This document shows positions 52,401 through 63,311 of a DNA stretch of 64,000 bases, piece after piece (within the stretch, counting starts at the first letter, position 1; every line of letters begins with the position of its first letter). Position numbers and translations under genes: made by a program. The notes beneath the pieces are model-generated. The model was not told the DNA's origin. It did no database searches and was given only the letters and a program-made list of their open reading frames with translations. Source of the DNA: an uncultured Acidobacteriota bacterium (GTDB taxonomy: Bacteria; Acidobacteriota; Thermoanaerobaculia; Multivoradales; SZUA-115); the NCBI GenBank assembly GCA_963805975.1, contig CAWDVR010000002.1:800001-864000 (forward strand), written 5' to 3'.

Positions 52401-52874
52401 CGGGCCAGGCCGCTCCGCGACGGGACGCGGAAGCTCTGGCGTGGGCCGCGGAGGCGCAGCCGCGGCCTCTGGGGCGGCACCGCCCGGCTCAGGAGTCGCG
52501 AGCGGCGCGGCGGGAGCGGCTCCGAGTGGCGGCGGCACGAGCGCTGCCGGAGCGAGCGGTGGTGGAGCTACCGGGGCAGTGGCTCGCTTCGGAGCCTCCT
52601 CCGGCGCGGGAGCGGCCCGCCGCACAGGCTCGGGCGCCGGGGCCGCGGTGCTGTCGGGGGCGCCGGCCGTCGCCTTGGCCAACGTCCCCCGGAGCGCCGC
52701 GATCTCCCGTTCCAGGCCGGCGAGGCGCTGCGAAAGGTCCGCCGCGCCGGCCTGCTCCTCGAGCTCCCGGACCCGACGCCGCAGGCCCCAGGCGAGCGTC
52801 ACCGACACGAACGGCGCCAGCAGCAGGGCCAGCCCCAGCAGCACGCCCAGGGCACCCAGGCATTCGAGGTTCAT
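49437..52874 (-). CDS. DUF2339 family membrane protein
   Basis: DWERLIGVKLFSWIAG, GLVGGFATP, YDLSQLGGLYRVASFVGL; more than 25 TM; coupled to the DUF3999-like gene. Confidence 0.85.
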   Translation of the reverse strand: MNLECLGALGVLLGLALLLAPFVSVTLAWGLRRRVRELEEQAGAADLSQRLAGLEREIAALRGTLAKATAGAPDSTAAPAPEPVRRAAPAPEEAPKRATAPVAPPPLAPAALVPPPLGAAPAAPLATPEPGGAAPEAAAAPPRPTPELPRPVAERPGPPIPTFSAPPSEPKAAFDWERLIGVKLFSWIAGVALVVAAVFFLRYSVDQGWLSPPVRMALGLLAGIGLLVGCELRAARRYRVTANALDAAGIAILFATFFAAHVLWGLLPLLATFLLMGLVTAVAVLLSIRRDSVFIALLGLVGGFATPMLLSGPEDRTVPLFGYLVLLNLGLAWVAVKKRWPLLAALSLAATTLYQWQWVVKFLDSPRMPLGLGIFLLFPALFAAVLLTRRPSGEGEPERAFTATAAWAASLPLAFAVYLATVPAYADRFLLLFGFLGLLVLGLSAIAVWRGPTWLHLAGGGTAVLVFALWFRGSYSPAAWPAVLGLAAAFIAFLLAAPFGAERLGRPRFYADARRGTYAGALLFFAFPVLAALEPATVRPWLLFGALLPLLALAAFVAVRRRLPETFFVAASLAVVGEWVWTAKRLAPERILEALAVLAVFALFYLAIPLVVRRLGEEGSGFRGSAYLALSAPLLMLYAAVRPEIAAEPWPLLAVLGVLALAFAAAALAGADGLLLAGGLVASELFLLVWAGTARQAPWPATAATFAVLLAALGVGAWFAARRRRPGGEPIPSFELAAALGLLGAQAVVMLATVLPGYPGLATVAGLHLALVLLWLVLAAASGRHVLAVVAVVPSALAVAVWQLRHFAAERWSEELLLAGLLYLPFAAYPLVLGRRALAARAPYLAAILATAPAFFFGHHAMVRGGAEGVIGLLPVTLAAVLAVMLWRLLATEPAAERDTGRLAMVVGAVLALVTVAIPLQLEKEWITVGWALLGAALVWAYRRLAHRGLLAWAVGLFAAVFLRLAANPAVLTYHPRSDVPIWNWYLYTYLAAVASLFLAVWLLSGKDDRLFEGLRARPLFAGAGTVLLFLLLNIEIADFFSTGTTLTFGFLSGESSLAEDLAYTIGWGVFAMGLLAAGLYLGHKVVRVCAIVLLSATVLKAFLYDLSQLGGLYRVASFVGLAVCLALVALLLQRFVLAPREGEQ

Positions 52875-53037
52875 CTCCCCTCCTCAGGCGCCACTCTCGG
52901 CTCAGCTCTGTTCGGTCCGTGTGGCCGGCAGTCTGACACAGGACGGGATCGGTCGCGGCTGGCGATGGGGGCCTGTCAGGGCTTGGATACGCTGCTCTCG
53001 CCGGGGGCTTAGCGCCTAAGGGGGTCGTGTGGCAGCC

Positions 53038-53895
<858 letters not shown>

Positions 53896-53920
53896 TCTTC
53901 CATTCTCCTCAACGGCTCTT

Positions 53921-55609
53921 CTAGACGGCGCTGCCGCGGTACTTCTTGCGCAGGTGGTTGCGGATCGACACCGCCACCAGGTTCATGGCCGTCACCACTC
54001 CGATCAGGAGCAGCGCGGTGGCGAAGACGAGCGGCGTCGTGGCCTCGATGTTCGGGCTCTGGAAGCCGACGTCGTAGATGTGGAAGCCCAGGTGCATGAA
54101 CTTGCGCTCGAGGTGCACGAAAGGGAAGTGGTGGTCGATGGGGAGCGCCGGCGCCAGCTTCACCATGCCGACGATCATCAGCGGCGCCACCTCGCCGGCG
54201 GCGCGGGCCATGGCGAGGATCATGCCGGTGAGGATGCCGGGCGCCGCGGCCGGCACCACCACTTTCCAGGTGGTCTCGAACTTGGTGGCGCCGAGCGCCA
54301 GCGAGCCCTCGCGCACGATGCGGGGCACGGCGGCGAGACCCTCCTCGGTGGCCACGATCACCACCGGCACGGTGAGGAGAGCGAGCGTCAGGCTCGCCCA
54401 CAGGATGCCGCCGGTGCCAAACGTCGGCGTGGGCAGGGCCTCGGGGTAGAACAGGCGGTCGATCGTCCCACCCATCAGGTAGACGAAGAAGCCCAGGCCG
54501 AAGACGCCGAAGACGATCGACGGCACGCCGGCCAGGTTGTTGACCGCGATGCGCACCACCCGCACCAGCGGCCCCTGCTTGGCGTACTCGCGGAGATAGA
54601 GGGCGGCGAGCACGCCGAAGGGCGTGACCACCAGCGACATGATGAGCACCATCATCACCGTGCCGAAGATCGCCGGGAAGATGCCGCCCTCGGTGTTCGA
54701 CTCGCGCGGCCGGTCGGCCACGAACTCCCAGACCCGGCCGAGGTAGAGGCGGAGCGTCGCCCAGGTGCCCATGGTGTTGGGCTGGAGCGCCCGCACCACC
54801 AGGCCCACCGGGATCTCCTTCCGCTGCCCCTCAACGCTCTCGACCACCAGCACCTCGTGGGTGAGCTCCTGGCGGCGGCCGAACAAGCGCTCCTCGAGCG
54901 CCTGGTACTGGGCCTCGCGCTCGGCCAGGCGGCCACGGATCTCCTCGCGCCGCCGCTCGAGCTCGGCCCCTTCGAGCCCCGCGAGGCCGAGGCCCCGCTC
55001 CTCGAGCCGCAGGCCCTCGATCTCACGGTTGACGTCGCCGATCTCGCCGCGCTCCAGCTTCTCGACCTCCTCGCGCAGCGCGATGGCCCGTTCCTGGAGC
55101 GGTTCGAAGGCGCGCCACACCTCGTCGGCGCCGGTGGCGGTGACGGCGTCGCCGGACTTGAGCTCCATCATGCGGCCGTAGAAGTTGCCCCATTCCAGCC
55201 GTTCGAGCATCACGGCCTCGGGCGGGTAGGAGCGCGCGGTGATCGCGGTCTCGTCCACCCACACGAAGTCGGCGCCGGTCAGGTCCCGGTTGCCGACCTT
55301 GAGGCGGATGCGGTAGAGCGGCTGCTCCGGGTCCTTCCATTCGGAGGGCGGACGGAGCTCCCGCAGGTTGATCTCGCCCAGCACCTGCTCGCCGTCCGCC
55401 ACGGTGAGCAGGGCGAGCTTCTTCTGCCAGAAGAAGCCGAGCCCCTTCGAGCCGATCAGCACCAGGAGCCCCAGGATCAGCACCAGGTTGAGCGCCAGTG
55501 CCCCGGCGCAGAGCCAGGTCATCGACAGGCCGAAGGCCTCGCGGCGGTTGCCGGCGGCGGTCCGGCGGGCGGCGGACGGCTTGGCGGAGGGCGGCGGCGT
55601 GGCGGGCAT
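53921..55609 (-). CDS. pstA: Phosphate ABC transporter permease PstA (long form)
   Basis: [47 protein letters not shown]; periplasmic coiled-coil insert. Confidence 0.95.
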   Translation of the reverse strand: MPATPPPSAKPSAARRTAAGNRREAFGLSMTWLCAGALALNLVLILGLLVLIGSKGLGFFWQKKLALLTVADGEQVLGEINLRELRPPSEWKDPEQPLYRIRLKVGNRDLTGADFVWVDETAITARSYPPEAVMLERLEWGNFYGRMMELKSGDAVTATGADEVWRAFEPLQERAIALREEVEKLERGEIGDVNREIEGLRLEERGLGLAGLEGAELERRREEIRGRLAEREAQYQALEERLFGRRQELTHEVLVVESVEGQRKEIPVGLVVRALQPNTMGTWATLRLYLGRVWEFVADRPRESNTEGGIFPAIFGTVMMVLIMSLVVTPFGVLAALYLREYAKQGPLVRVVRIAVNNLAGVPSIVFGVFGLGFFVYLMGGTIDRLFYPEALPTPTFGTGGILWASLTLALLTVPVVIVATEEGLAAVPRIVREGSLALGATKFETTWKVVVPAAAPGILTGMILAMARAAGEVAPLMIVGMVKLAPALPIDHHFPFVHLERKFMHLGFHIYDVGFQSPNIEATTPLVFATALLLIGVVTAMNLVAVSIRNHLRKKYRGSAV

Positions 55610-57864
55610 CAGAGTTGGGAGTAGCGCTGGCGCAGCCGCTGGCGCACCAGCTCGGCCGCGGTGTTGACGATGAAGGTGAGGGCGAAGAGCAGCAGCGCGG
55701 CGAGGAACAGCGTGCGGTAGAGCGTGCCGCCCATCGGCGCCTCGGGGATCTCGACGGCGATGTTGGCCGACAGCGTGCGGAAGCCGTTGAACGGGCTCCA
55801 GTCCATGATCGGCGTGTTGCCGGTCGCCATCAGCACGATCATGGTCTCGCCCACCGCGCGGCCGAAGCCCACCATCACCGCCGAGAAGATCCCCGGGCTC
55901 GCGGTGGGGAGCACCACCCGCGTCACCGTCTGCCAGCGGTTGGCGCCGAGCGCCAGGGACCCGGAGACCAGGTTCTTGGGCACGTTCGAGAAGGCGTCCT
56001 CGGAGATGGCGAAGATGATGGGGATCACCGCGAAACCCATGGCGAGGCCCACCACCACGGCGTTTCTCTGGTCGTAGGCCATGCCGGTGGCCTCGAGCAG
56101 CCAGCGCGGGAAATTGCCGCCGAAGAGCGCCAGCTCGACGGGCACCGAGAGCTCGACCGAGAGCCACAGCCCCAAGGCCACGACGAAGATGAAGATCAGC
56201 GCCTCGACGCCGCTCGGGAAGCGGCCGCGGAAGGCTCTCGGCAGCCGGTGCCAGAGGGCGCCGGCACCGAGGATCAGGAGCGGCAGGAGGACCGCCATCA
56301 CCAGCAGCGCGGGAAAGACCTTCTCGAGCCGCGGCGCGAGCCACAGGCCGGCGAGGAAGCCCAGCACCACGGTGGGGAGCGCCGCCATGATCTCGACCAT
56401 CGGTTTGACGAACCTCTGGTACGAGGGGTGGAGGAACTGCGAGGTGTACATCGCGCCCAGCACGCCGAGCGGGAGGGCCAGGAGCAGCGAGTAGAACGTG
56501 CCCTTGAGCGTGCCGACGAGGAGCGGCGTGAGCGACAGCTTGGGCTCGAAGTCGTCCGTGCCGCCGGTCGACTGCCAGACCTGCTCCGGCTTCGGGTAGC
56601 CCTCGTACCAGACCTTGCCGAAGAGCGTCTTCCAGGTCACCTCGGGGTGCGGGTTGTGGATGGCGAGCACGGCGAGCCTGCCGGGCGCGGCGAGGAAGGC
56701 GCCGTCGGCGCGCGGTGCCAGCACCAGGGCGCGCGCGCCGGCGAGCGGCGAGGGCCCGGTCCACAGCACGCGGCCGGCGGTCGAGTGGTAGAGGCCGAGC
56801 CCGGCGCTCGACGCGGCGAGGAACCCCTTGTTGCGCAGCGATGGCGAGATGGCCGTCACCGCGCCGGGCAGCGGCGGGAAGCTCCGTACGCGGGTCAGCG
56901 CCCAGGAGCCGTTCGCCTGCTCGACCGGGAACCACACCGAGAGGCTGCCGTCCGCCTGGCCGACGACCAGCGACTGCTCGCCGATCAGGAAGGTGAGCGC
57001 GGTGACGGCCGCCCCGCCCGCCGAGACCACCTGCGGCGGCCCCGGCTCGGCGGCGAGGTCCCACCACAGGAGAGCGCCGGTCTCCGTGCCGGCGTAGAGG
57101 TGGCGCAGGTCGCGGTCGAGCAGCAGCACCCGGGGCCGGCTCGGCAGCGGCAGGCTCGACGGCTCAAAGCTCTCGCTGACCTCGCCGGTCAGGAGGTTCT
57201 CCCGCGCCGTGCGCCGCACCAGCGCCAGCGAGCCGTCGGCCAGCACCCCGGCCGCGGCGGCTTCGGCGCCGTCCACCGAGACGGCGAAGGTGAAGGGCTC
57301 GGCTGCCTTGCCGAAAGGATCGAGGGTGAACGTGACGGGCTTGCCGACGCCGGCCTCGATGCGGCGCTGGTCGCCCTCGAAGGAGAGGTCCCACGAGAGC
57401 GGAGCGATGATCGCCCGGCCATCGGTGGTCGCGCCGCCGAGCCAGGAAGCGTCGCCGGCCTGGGCCACGGCCACCAACCGGGCCGGCGGAGCGGTCACGC
57501 CCTCGCCGGCCGGCACCGCCGGCAGCAGCGGATGGCTTGCCACCGGCGCGCCGTTCGTGGCGGAGAGCACCCGGACCTCGCCGTCGAGCGTGAGGCCGGC
57601 GACCAGCGTGCGGTACTCGTCGGTCGCGAGGGTGGCGAGGTCGGTGCCCGAGATCGCCACCTCGCCGGCGATCCCCACGCTCGCCGCCCGGGTCAGCGGC
57701 CAGACCTCGACCAGGATGAAGACCAGGATTCCGAGGATGCTGGCGATGATCCCCAGGCCACCGGCGGTGACGAACCAGCGGGCGAGGCGGTCCGCCCAGA
57801 AGCGGCGGGGCGCCGTGCGGCCGGCGGATCGGCGGGGAGCACCGTGTGATTGCGCGGGGGTCAT
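55609..57864 (-). CDS. pstC: Phosphate ABC transporter permease PstC (long form, beta-propeller-like periplasmic domain)
   Basis: NPHPE, VWYEGY, WQSTGG.DDFEPK, GSLALGANRWQT, GRAVGETMIVLMATGN. Confidence 0.93.
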   Translation of the reverse strand: MTPAQSHGAPRRSAGRTAPRRFWADRLARWFVTAGGLGIIASILGILVFILVEVWPLTRAASVGIAGEVAISGTDLATLATDEYRTLVAGLTLDGEVRVLSATNGAPVASHPLLPAVPAGEGVTAPPARLVAVAQAGDASWLGGATTDGRAIIAPLSWDLSFEGDQRRIEAGVGKPVTFTLDPFGKAAEPFTFAVSVDGAEAAAAGVLADGSLALVRRTARENLLTGEVSESFEPSSLPLPSRPRVLLLDRDLRHLYAGTETGALLWWDLAAEPGPPQVVSAGGAAVTALTFLIGEQSLVVGQADGSLSVWFPVEQANGSWALTRVRSFPPLPGAVTAISPSLRNKGFLAASSAGLGLYHSTAGRVLWTGPSPLAGARALVLAPRADGAFLAAPGRLAVLAIHNPHPEVTWKTLFGKVWYEGYPKPEQVWQSTGGTDDFEPKLSLTPLLVGTLKGTFYSLLLALPLGVLGAMYTSQFLHPSYQRFVKPMVEIMAALPTVVLGFLAGLWLAPRLEKVFPALLVMAVLLPLLILGAGALWHRLPRAFRGRFPSGVEALIFIFVVALGLWLSVELSVPVELALFGGNFPRWLLEATGMAYDQRNAVVVGLAMGFAVIPIIFAISEDAFSNVPKNLVSGSLALGANRWQTVTRVVLPTASPGIFSAVMVGFGRAVGETMIVLMATGNTPIMDWSPFNGFRTLSANIAVEIPEAPMGGTLYRTLFLAALLLFALTFIVNTAAELVRQRLRQRYSQL

Positions 57865-57880
57865 GTCTCGATGCCTGGCC

Positions 57881-57938
57881 TGTCACCCCGAGCGGAGCGG
57901 ATCGCTCCGCCCGGATCCCTCGCTGCGCTCGGGATGAC
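57881..57938. repeat. REP-like inverted pair between pstS and pstC
   Basis: GTCACCCCGAGCGGAGCG...GATCCCTCGCTGCGCTCGGGATGAC (GTCATCCCGAGCGCAGCGAGGGATC type). Confidence 0.75.
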
Positions 57939-57955
57939 GATACCGGGTAGCAGGC

Positions 57956-58927
57956 TCAGTTCAGCTTGGCGAGCTCGCCGTCACAGGCCGGCCCGGTCAG
58001 CGGGAAGTAGCCGTCCTTGACCACCACCTGCTGCCCCTCCTTGCTGCAGATGAACTTCACGAACTCGCGCATCAGCGGGTCGGCGGGCTTGTTGGGCGCC
58101 TTGTTGACGTAGACGTAGAGGAAGCGGGCGAGCGGATAGTTGCCGGCGAGCACTTCGTGCTGGCTCGCCTCGTAGGCCGTGGCGCCGCTCTTGGCGGCGA
58201 GCGGCACGGCGCGCACTCCGGACGTCTTGTAGCCGATGCCGCTGTAGCCGATGCCGTAGATGTCCTCGGTGACGCCCTGCACCACGGACGCCGAGCCGGG
58301 CTGCTCCTTGACGGTGTCCTTGTAGTCGCCGCCGCAGAGCGCCTTTTCCTTGAAGAAGCCGTAGGTGCCGGAGGCCGAGTTGCGGCCGTAGAGGCTGATC
58401 GGCCGCGACGCCCAGCCGGCGTCCTTCAAGGTGGCCGCACCCCAGTTGGCGGCGCCGCTGCCGCCGCAGCGCCGGGTCTTCGAGAAGATGCCGTCCACCT
58501 GCGCCAGCGTGAGCTGCTGCACCGGGTTGTCCTTGTTGACGTAGACCGCCAGCGCGTCGAGCGCGACCTTGACCACGGTCGGCTTGTAGCCGTACTTCTT
58601 CTCGAAGTCGTCGATCTCGTTGGCGCGCATCTCGCGGCTCATGGGGCCGAGCTGCGCGGTGCCGGCGATCAGTGCCGGGGGTGCGGTGGAAGAGCCCTTG
58701 CCCTCGATCTGGATGCGTACGTTGGGGTACTGCTTCTGGAACCCTTCGGCCCACAGCGTCATCAGGTTGTTGAGGGTGTCGGAGCCGATCGAGTTCAAAT
58801 TGCCCGAGATGCCGCTGGTCTTGGCGTAGGGCTTCAACGCCGCGTCGATCTCGATCTGCCCTTCCGCGGCGCCCACCGCCAGGAACAGGCCGCACGCACA
58901 CAGGACCGCCGTCAAGCTATGCCTCAT
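57956..58927 (-). CDS. pstS: Phosphate ABC transporter substrate-binding protein
   Basis: [30 protein letters not shown]. Confidence 0.96.
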   Translation of the reverse strand: MRHSLTAVLCACGLFLAVGAAEGQIEIDAALKPYAKTSGISGNLNSIGSDTLNNLMTLWAEGFQKQYPNVRIQIEGKGSSTAPPALIAGTAQLGPMSREMRANEIDDFEKKYGYKPTVVKVALDALAVYVNKDNPVQQLTLAQVDGIFSKTRRCGGSGAANWGAATLKDAGWASRPISLYGRNSASGTYGFFKEKALCGGDYKDTVKEQPGSASVVQGVTEDIYGIGYSGIGYKTSGVRAVPLAAKSGATAYEASQHEVLAGNYPLARFLYVYVNKAPNKPADPLMREFVKFICSKEGQQVVVKDGYFPLTGPACDGELAKLN

Positions 58928-59059
58928 CGCTGTCTCCTTGTCGTTGATGGAAGCCGAGGAGTGCGGCGCGGCCGGCGCCCTGGTCCCGCGGGGCGAGCGA
59001 TCGAGCCTTTCCTCGCCGCGTACGGTGACAGCGTGGTTTGTCAGCAGACCTACCGGCCT

Positions 59060-59077
59060 GTGACAGCGGCGTGACAG
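59060..59077 (-). promoter_or_regulatory. PHO box upstream of pstS
   Basis: Two perfect CTGTCAC heptamers on the minus strand 11 bp apart; a third out-of-phase copy at 59025-59031. Confidence 0.8.
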
Positions 59078-59090
59078 CGGGCGCCGGGCG

Positions 59091-59555
59091 CTACCCGCGC
59101 AGCCGGTGCCGCACTCGCCCCAGGAAGCGGTTCACGGGGTGGGAGCGCGGCAGGAAGGAGAGCACCGGGCGGCTCCGCAGGCCGAGCTCTTTCAACAGCT
59201 TGCGCAGCCGCTTGTCCTTGGGATCCACGGCCAGCCCTTCGCGCACGGCGCGCACGGCAGCGCCGCGGTTGTCGAACAAGAGGTAGGTGCGGGCCAAGTT
59301 GTAGTAGTTCTCGCCGCGGTAGAACTCGACCTTCACGGCGTGGCGGCAGAGCTCCAGGCCCTCGCGCTTGCGCCCCTCGAAGCGCGCCATGCCGTAGCCG
59401 AAGTAGGAGTAGAAGACCCCCGGCAGCTCCTCGCGGAAGGTGTCGTTCCGGCTCACCTGGGCGAGACCCGCGAGGCCCTGCTGCCATTCGCCGCGGCGGC
59501 AGGCCTCCACTCCACGCTTGACCGTGTCGAGAACCTCCTGCCGGCTGCTCGCCAT
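59091..59555 (-). CDS. Small TPR protein
   Basis: MASSRQEV...YSYFGY...[11 protein letters not shown]...[24 protein letters not shown]. Confidence 0.75.
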   Translation of the reverse strand: MASSRQEVLDTVKRGVEACRRGEWQQGLAGLAQVSRNDTFREELPGVFYSYFGYGMARFEGRKREGLELCRHAVKVEFYRGENYYNLARTYLLFDNRGAAVRAVREGLAVDPKDKRLRKLLKELGLRSRPVLSFLPRSHPVNRFLGRVRHRLRG

Positions 59556-59651
59556 GAGTCGATAGCCTAATGCACATAGAAACACCGCACAAACGCCGGC
59601 CGGGTGCGGAGCTTTCCGCTCGTGGTACCCTGCCCGAAACGTCTCCACAGC

Positions 59652-61463
59652 ATGGCTGACTCGAACCCTCTGACCACCTCCGTCCCCGTCGGCGCGGACA
59701 AGGTCCAGCAGCTCCTCGAGCTGGGCAGCTCCTTCGCCGACCACGGCCAGTGGCGCGAAGCCGCCGAGATGCTGGTCCTCGCCCTGCGCCTGAAGCCGGA
59801 CTGCGCCGACGCCCGCGAGCAGCTCGCCCGCGTGCGCCGCGCCCAGCGCCAGGGGCAGTTGCCCGCCGAGGGGGCGACGCTGCGCGAAGCCGCCGGGGAG
59901 GAGTTCCGGCGGCGCGCTCTCGACGGTTCCCACTTCCTGGGCCTCGCCCGGCTCTACGAGCAGAAGGGCGAGATCCGCCAGGCGATCGAGTGCCTGGAGA
60001 TCGCCAAGGCCAAGGCGCCTTCCAACCCGGCGCCCCACAAGCTGCACGGCAAGCTGCTGCTGCAGCGCGGAAACGCCCAGGCCGCCGCCCGCGAGCTCGC
60101 CCGCGCCGCGCACCTCGACCCCTTCGACCGCGAGACCGAGGAGACCCTGGGGCTCGCCGAGCACCAGCAACGGCGCTTCGCGCCGGCGGCGGCGGCCACC
60201 GCCCGCGCCTTCCTGCTGGTGGGCGACCTCCAGTCCGTGGACGCCGTCCGGCTGCGGCGCCGGTTGATGACGCTCCGGCGCATCCTCGGCTGGGGAAATC
60301 AGGAGACCTCGCGGCTCTTCGATCAGGCCCGCGAGCACCTGCAGACGGCGCGCGACCGCCTGGAGTGGCGGCGCGAGCGCTTCCCCGAGGAGGAGGGGCT
60401 GCCGCACGGCGGCGCCTGGTTCGGCGCCACGCCGGCCCACGCGCGCCCCGGCCTGATCGCGCTCGCCGCCCGGCTACGCCGGCTGACGGCGCTCGCCAGC
60501 CTCGCCGACGGCGAGCTCTTCCGCTTGACGGCGGCGGTGCAGGAGGAGATGCACGCGGCGGGCAGCCTGGTCTTCGCCCAGCGCGGCGACGGGCGCGATC
60601 TCTACCTGGTCGAGGAAGGCATGATCCGCCTCGAGCGGACCAGCGGCTACGGCACCTTCCCGCTCTCGACCGTCGCCCCCGGCGAGCTGGCGGGAGAAGC
60701 CTCCTCGCTGCTGCGCCAGCCCCGCGGCACGGACGCCGTGGCGCTACGGCCCTCGCGCCTGCTGCGCATCGACTCCGCGACGCTCGAGCGCCTGAGCCGC
60801 GAGAGCCCCGAGCTCTCGCAGCAGCTCCTGTGGTGCTTGTGGCACTCGCTCGCCGGCAAGCTCCGCGCCGCCAACGAGCAACTGCGCGAGATCTTCGCCG
60901 CCTCCGCCATGCCGCACGACGCGCTCGCCGCCCGGCTCCAACCGGCGACCGCCGGCGAGCGCGTCCACCTGGCGTCGCAGGACAAGGTGCGCCTGTTCCG
61001 CGAGCAGGGCCTGTCGCAGCGCGAGCTCGCGACCTTGGCCACCTTCTCGCGCGAGAAGCGCTTCGCCGCCGGCTCCTACCTGTTCCGTGAGGGCGACCCC
61101 GGCGACGAGCTCTACGCCGTGGTCGAAGGCCGGGTGCTGATCAGCAAGTACATCCCCGGGGGCGGCGACGAAGCCCTGGCGATCCTGCGCCGCGGCGAGT
61201 TCTTCGGGGAGATGGCCTTGATCGACGGCCAGCCACGCTCCGCCGACGCCCGCGCCGAAGGCGGCGCCGCCACCGTCCTCGCCCTCGACCAGGCCACGCT
61301 CCGCGACCTCCTGGCCCTGGACCCCGCGGCCTCGGCCGACTTCCTCCGCCTCCTCTGCCGCCTCCTAGCCCGCCGCTTGACCGAGGCGGAGGAGAAAGTG
61401 CTGGGGTGGCGGATGCTGGGGGGCGGGGCAACCGAGCAGGGCGGCGAGGACCAGCCGACCTGA
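59652..61463 (+). CDS. TPR + two cyclic-nucleotide-binding domains
   Basis: N-terminal TPRs; cNMP1 GELAGEASS..QPRGTDA; cNMP2 LFREGDPGDELY..GEFFGEMALIDGQPRSADA. Confidence 0.85.
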   Translation: MADSNPLTTSVPVGADKVQQLLELGSSFADHGQWREAAEMLVLALRLKPDCADAREQLARVRRAQRQGQLPAEGATLREAAGEEFRRRALDGSHFLGLARLYEQKGEIRQAIECLEIAKAKAPSNPAPHKLHGKLLLQRGNAQAAARELARAAHLDPFDRETEETLGLAEHQQRRFAPAAAATARAFLLVGDLQSVDAVRLRRRLMTLRRILGWGNQETSRLFDQAREHLQTARDRLEWRRERFPEEEGLPHGGAWFGATPAHARPGLIALAARLRRLTALASLADGELFRLTAAVQEEMHAAGSLVFAQRGDGRDLYLVEEGMIRLERTSGYGTFPLSTVAPGELAGEASSLLRQPRGTDAVALRPSRLLRIDSATLERLSRESPELSQQLLWCLWHSLAGKLRAANEQLREIFAASAMPHDALAARLQPATAGERVHLASQDKVRLFREQGLSQRELATLATFSREKRFAAGSYLFREGDPGDELYAVVEGRVLISKYIPGGGDEALAILRRGEFFGEMALIDGQPRSADARAEGGAATVLALDQATLRDLLALDPAASADFLRLLCRLLARRLTEAEEKVLGWRMLGGGATEQGGEDQPT

Positions 61464-61468
61464 AGCAC

Positions 61469-62071
61469 CTACAGCAAGCGTTCTGTGAGTAAGTTCAGCA
61501 GCCGATCGAACTCTCGGCATAGTTTGTCGAAGGAGCGTGAGCGACGCGCTTCGTCGAGGTCGAACAGGCCCGCAAGGGCCGCTTGATCCACGGTTTCCGA
61601 GTAGGTCCCGTGCCCTGTCATGTGGTTGGAAAGCCAGTCCTTCGCCCCCCGTACAGACTCTGGGTCCACCGGACGAGTCAGATTCGCGGCGAGGGCCCTC
61701 TGGCCGGCGATCGACTGTGCGGCTGCGAGGAACCAGGCTTCGAACTCACGGTTGGCCAAGACCACTGCACAAGGAACCTCGAGAATCGCCTTCTGCACGC
61801 GATCCACGAGCTGGGGCGCGAGGTGCTTGGGGCAATCATCATCGCTGTCGAACAGCACGAGAACAGCCCCACGGCGGCGCGTTTTGCGCGCCGCAAGCTC
61901 GCAGTAGCGCTCCAGCTCACCGGCCTTGTGCAGCTTGGTTCGGGGGAAACGGATCGGTCGGTGAATTGTCGGGTAGACCAGCCTCTGGCGCGTGAGCGCT
62001 AGCCTCCGTAGGAGGACCGGCAGCGCCTCCACGTCACCATCGCCTTCGACAATGCTCGCCAGCTCGATCAC
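61469..62071 (-). CDS. DUF4276 family (TOPRIM-like) protein
   Basis: IVEGDGD, FDSDDDCP, REFEAWFLA, YSETVDQ, SRSF. Confidence 0.8.
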   Translation of the reverse strand: MIELASIVEGDGDVEALPVLLRRLALTRQRLVYPTIHRPIRFPRTKLHKAGELERYCELAARKTRRRGAVLVLFDSDDDCPKHLAPQLVDRVQKAILEVPCAVVLANREFEAWFLAAAQSIAGQRALAANLTRPVDPESVRGAKDWLSNHMTGHGTYSETVDQAALAGLFDLDEARRSRSFDKLCREFDRLLNLLTERLL

Positions 62072-63291
62072 GGCGGTGGCGCGAATTCCTCAAACAACAT
62101 CTGTTGCACTCTAGAGGGGTCGGCCATCTGCGCCGGGTCAGGCAATAGCTGATTCATCCGCAGGAGCTCCCCAGGTGTGAAGAGCTGATCCTTGAGCACG
62201 GCGCGCCCGGTCTCGTCGATAGGCCCGATCTTGGTGGTTCCATGGTCCGAAACGACCGCGAGGAGGGAATCGGTGTCAATATGGCGATTGTCGAGCAGCT
62301 CGGGGCTATGGCTGGTGACGATCACCTGAGTGGATCGGCTAGCCTCGATCAACGCATCGAGAAGAGTTCCGGCAGCGGCAGGATGGAGCCCAGCTTCTGG
62401 CTCCTCGATTCCCACCAGAGGAATCGAAGCTGCACTATTGGCACCTTGAAAGAGGGCCACCAGCAGGCCCAGAGCGCGGAGAGTACCGTCTGACATGTTG
62501 ACCGCCGTGAATCTCCAGGAGTGCTTGGAGCCGGCGACATCCTGTCGAAATTCCACTGTCTCCTTGTGGCCCAAGGCCCTGGCGTCGACAGCGGTGATTC
62601 CGGGAACCACCACGGACAAGTACTCCTCGACCCTCTGCTTGACCTCAGGCGAGTTTCTGGCCAGCTCCGCCAGCACACTTGCCAGGTTGCTGCCATCGCG
62701 CTTGAGCAGGGTACCCTCATCAGGTTGTTGGAGATCCTTGATGAGATCTGGATTCAAATTGTAGAAGCCCATTCTCGACAACTGATCAAAGAGGGGTCGA
62801 AACTCGGGCAAACCGGCCGCCGCGACCAGGTAGAGGCGGTCCCTGGCAGCCGGAGGTGCAACTGCCATCGACGCGTCAACTACTTCGCCGTGGCGCACAC
62901 GATAGTGAGAGGCGCCCACTAGAGGGTCGTAGATCTCGCAGAACTCCTCTTGAACGACGTAGCCACCGCTCCTGAGGGCGCCGATCTTGTAAGAAAAGAC
63001 TGCGAAGCCATGAGCAGGAAGCTGGACCTCGAGTCGACATCCGAAATGAGTCGGATGTCCACCGGAGCGTCGCCTCACTTCACCGATGCCGCTCCGATCC
63101 TTGAGTGCAAGGTCGAGAGTGGTGCGAAGGCTCTCCGCGACCAGCCGTAGCGCGTCCAGAAAGTTGCTCTTTCCTGCGCCGTTTGGGCCTACCAGAAATG
63201 TGAGCGGACCGAGCCGCACATCGCAAGCCGCGATGCTCCGGTAATTCTCGAGGACGACTCGAGCAAGAAACGCTCGTTTCACGTCTGGCAT
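62068..63291 (-). CDS. AAA_21 / ABC-type ATPase
   Basis: VGPNGAGKSN, MSDGTLR, IEEPEAGLHP, TSHSP; start ATG 63291; stop overlaps the next GTG. Confidence 0.88.
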   Translation of the reverse strand: MPDVKRAFLARVVLENYRSIAACDVRLGPLTFLVGPNGAGKSNFLDALRLVAESLRTTLDLALKDRSGIGEVRRRSGGHPTHFGCRLEVQLPAHGFAVFSYKIGALRSGGYVVQEEFCEIYDPLVGASHYRVRHGEVVDASMAVAPPAARDRLYLVAAAGLPEFRPLFDQLSRMGFYNLNPDLIKDLQQPDEGTLLKRDGSNLASVLAELARNSPEVKQRVEEYLSVVVPGITAVDARALGHKETVEFRQDVAGSKHSWRFTAVNMSDGTLRALGLLVALFQGANSAASIPLVGIEEPEAGLHPAAAGTLLDALIEASRSTQVIVTSHSPELLDNRHIDTDSLLAVVSDHGTTKIGPIDETGRAVLKDQLFTPGELLRMNQLLPDPAQMADPSRVQQMLFEEFAPPP

Positions 63292-63311
63292 TGTTACATA
63301 CCGGCGCCGCC

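Noticed and set aside
53921-57864. Unusually long PstC and PstA as a novelty
   Set aside because: Long forms with periplasmic inserts are known from Pseudomonas- and Vibrio-type pst operons.
57880-57887. CTGTCAC heptamer as a PHO box before pstC
   Set aside because: Single copy, wrong strand, and part of the REP end.
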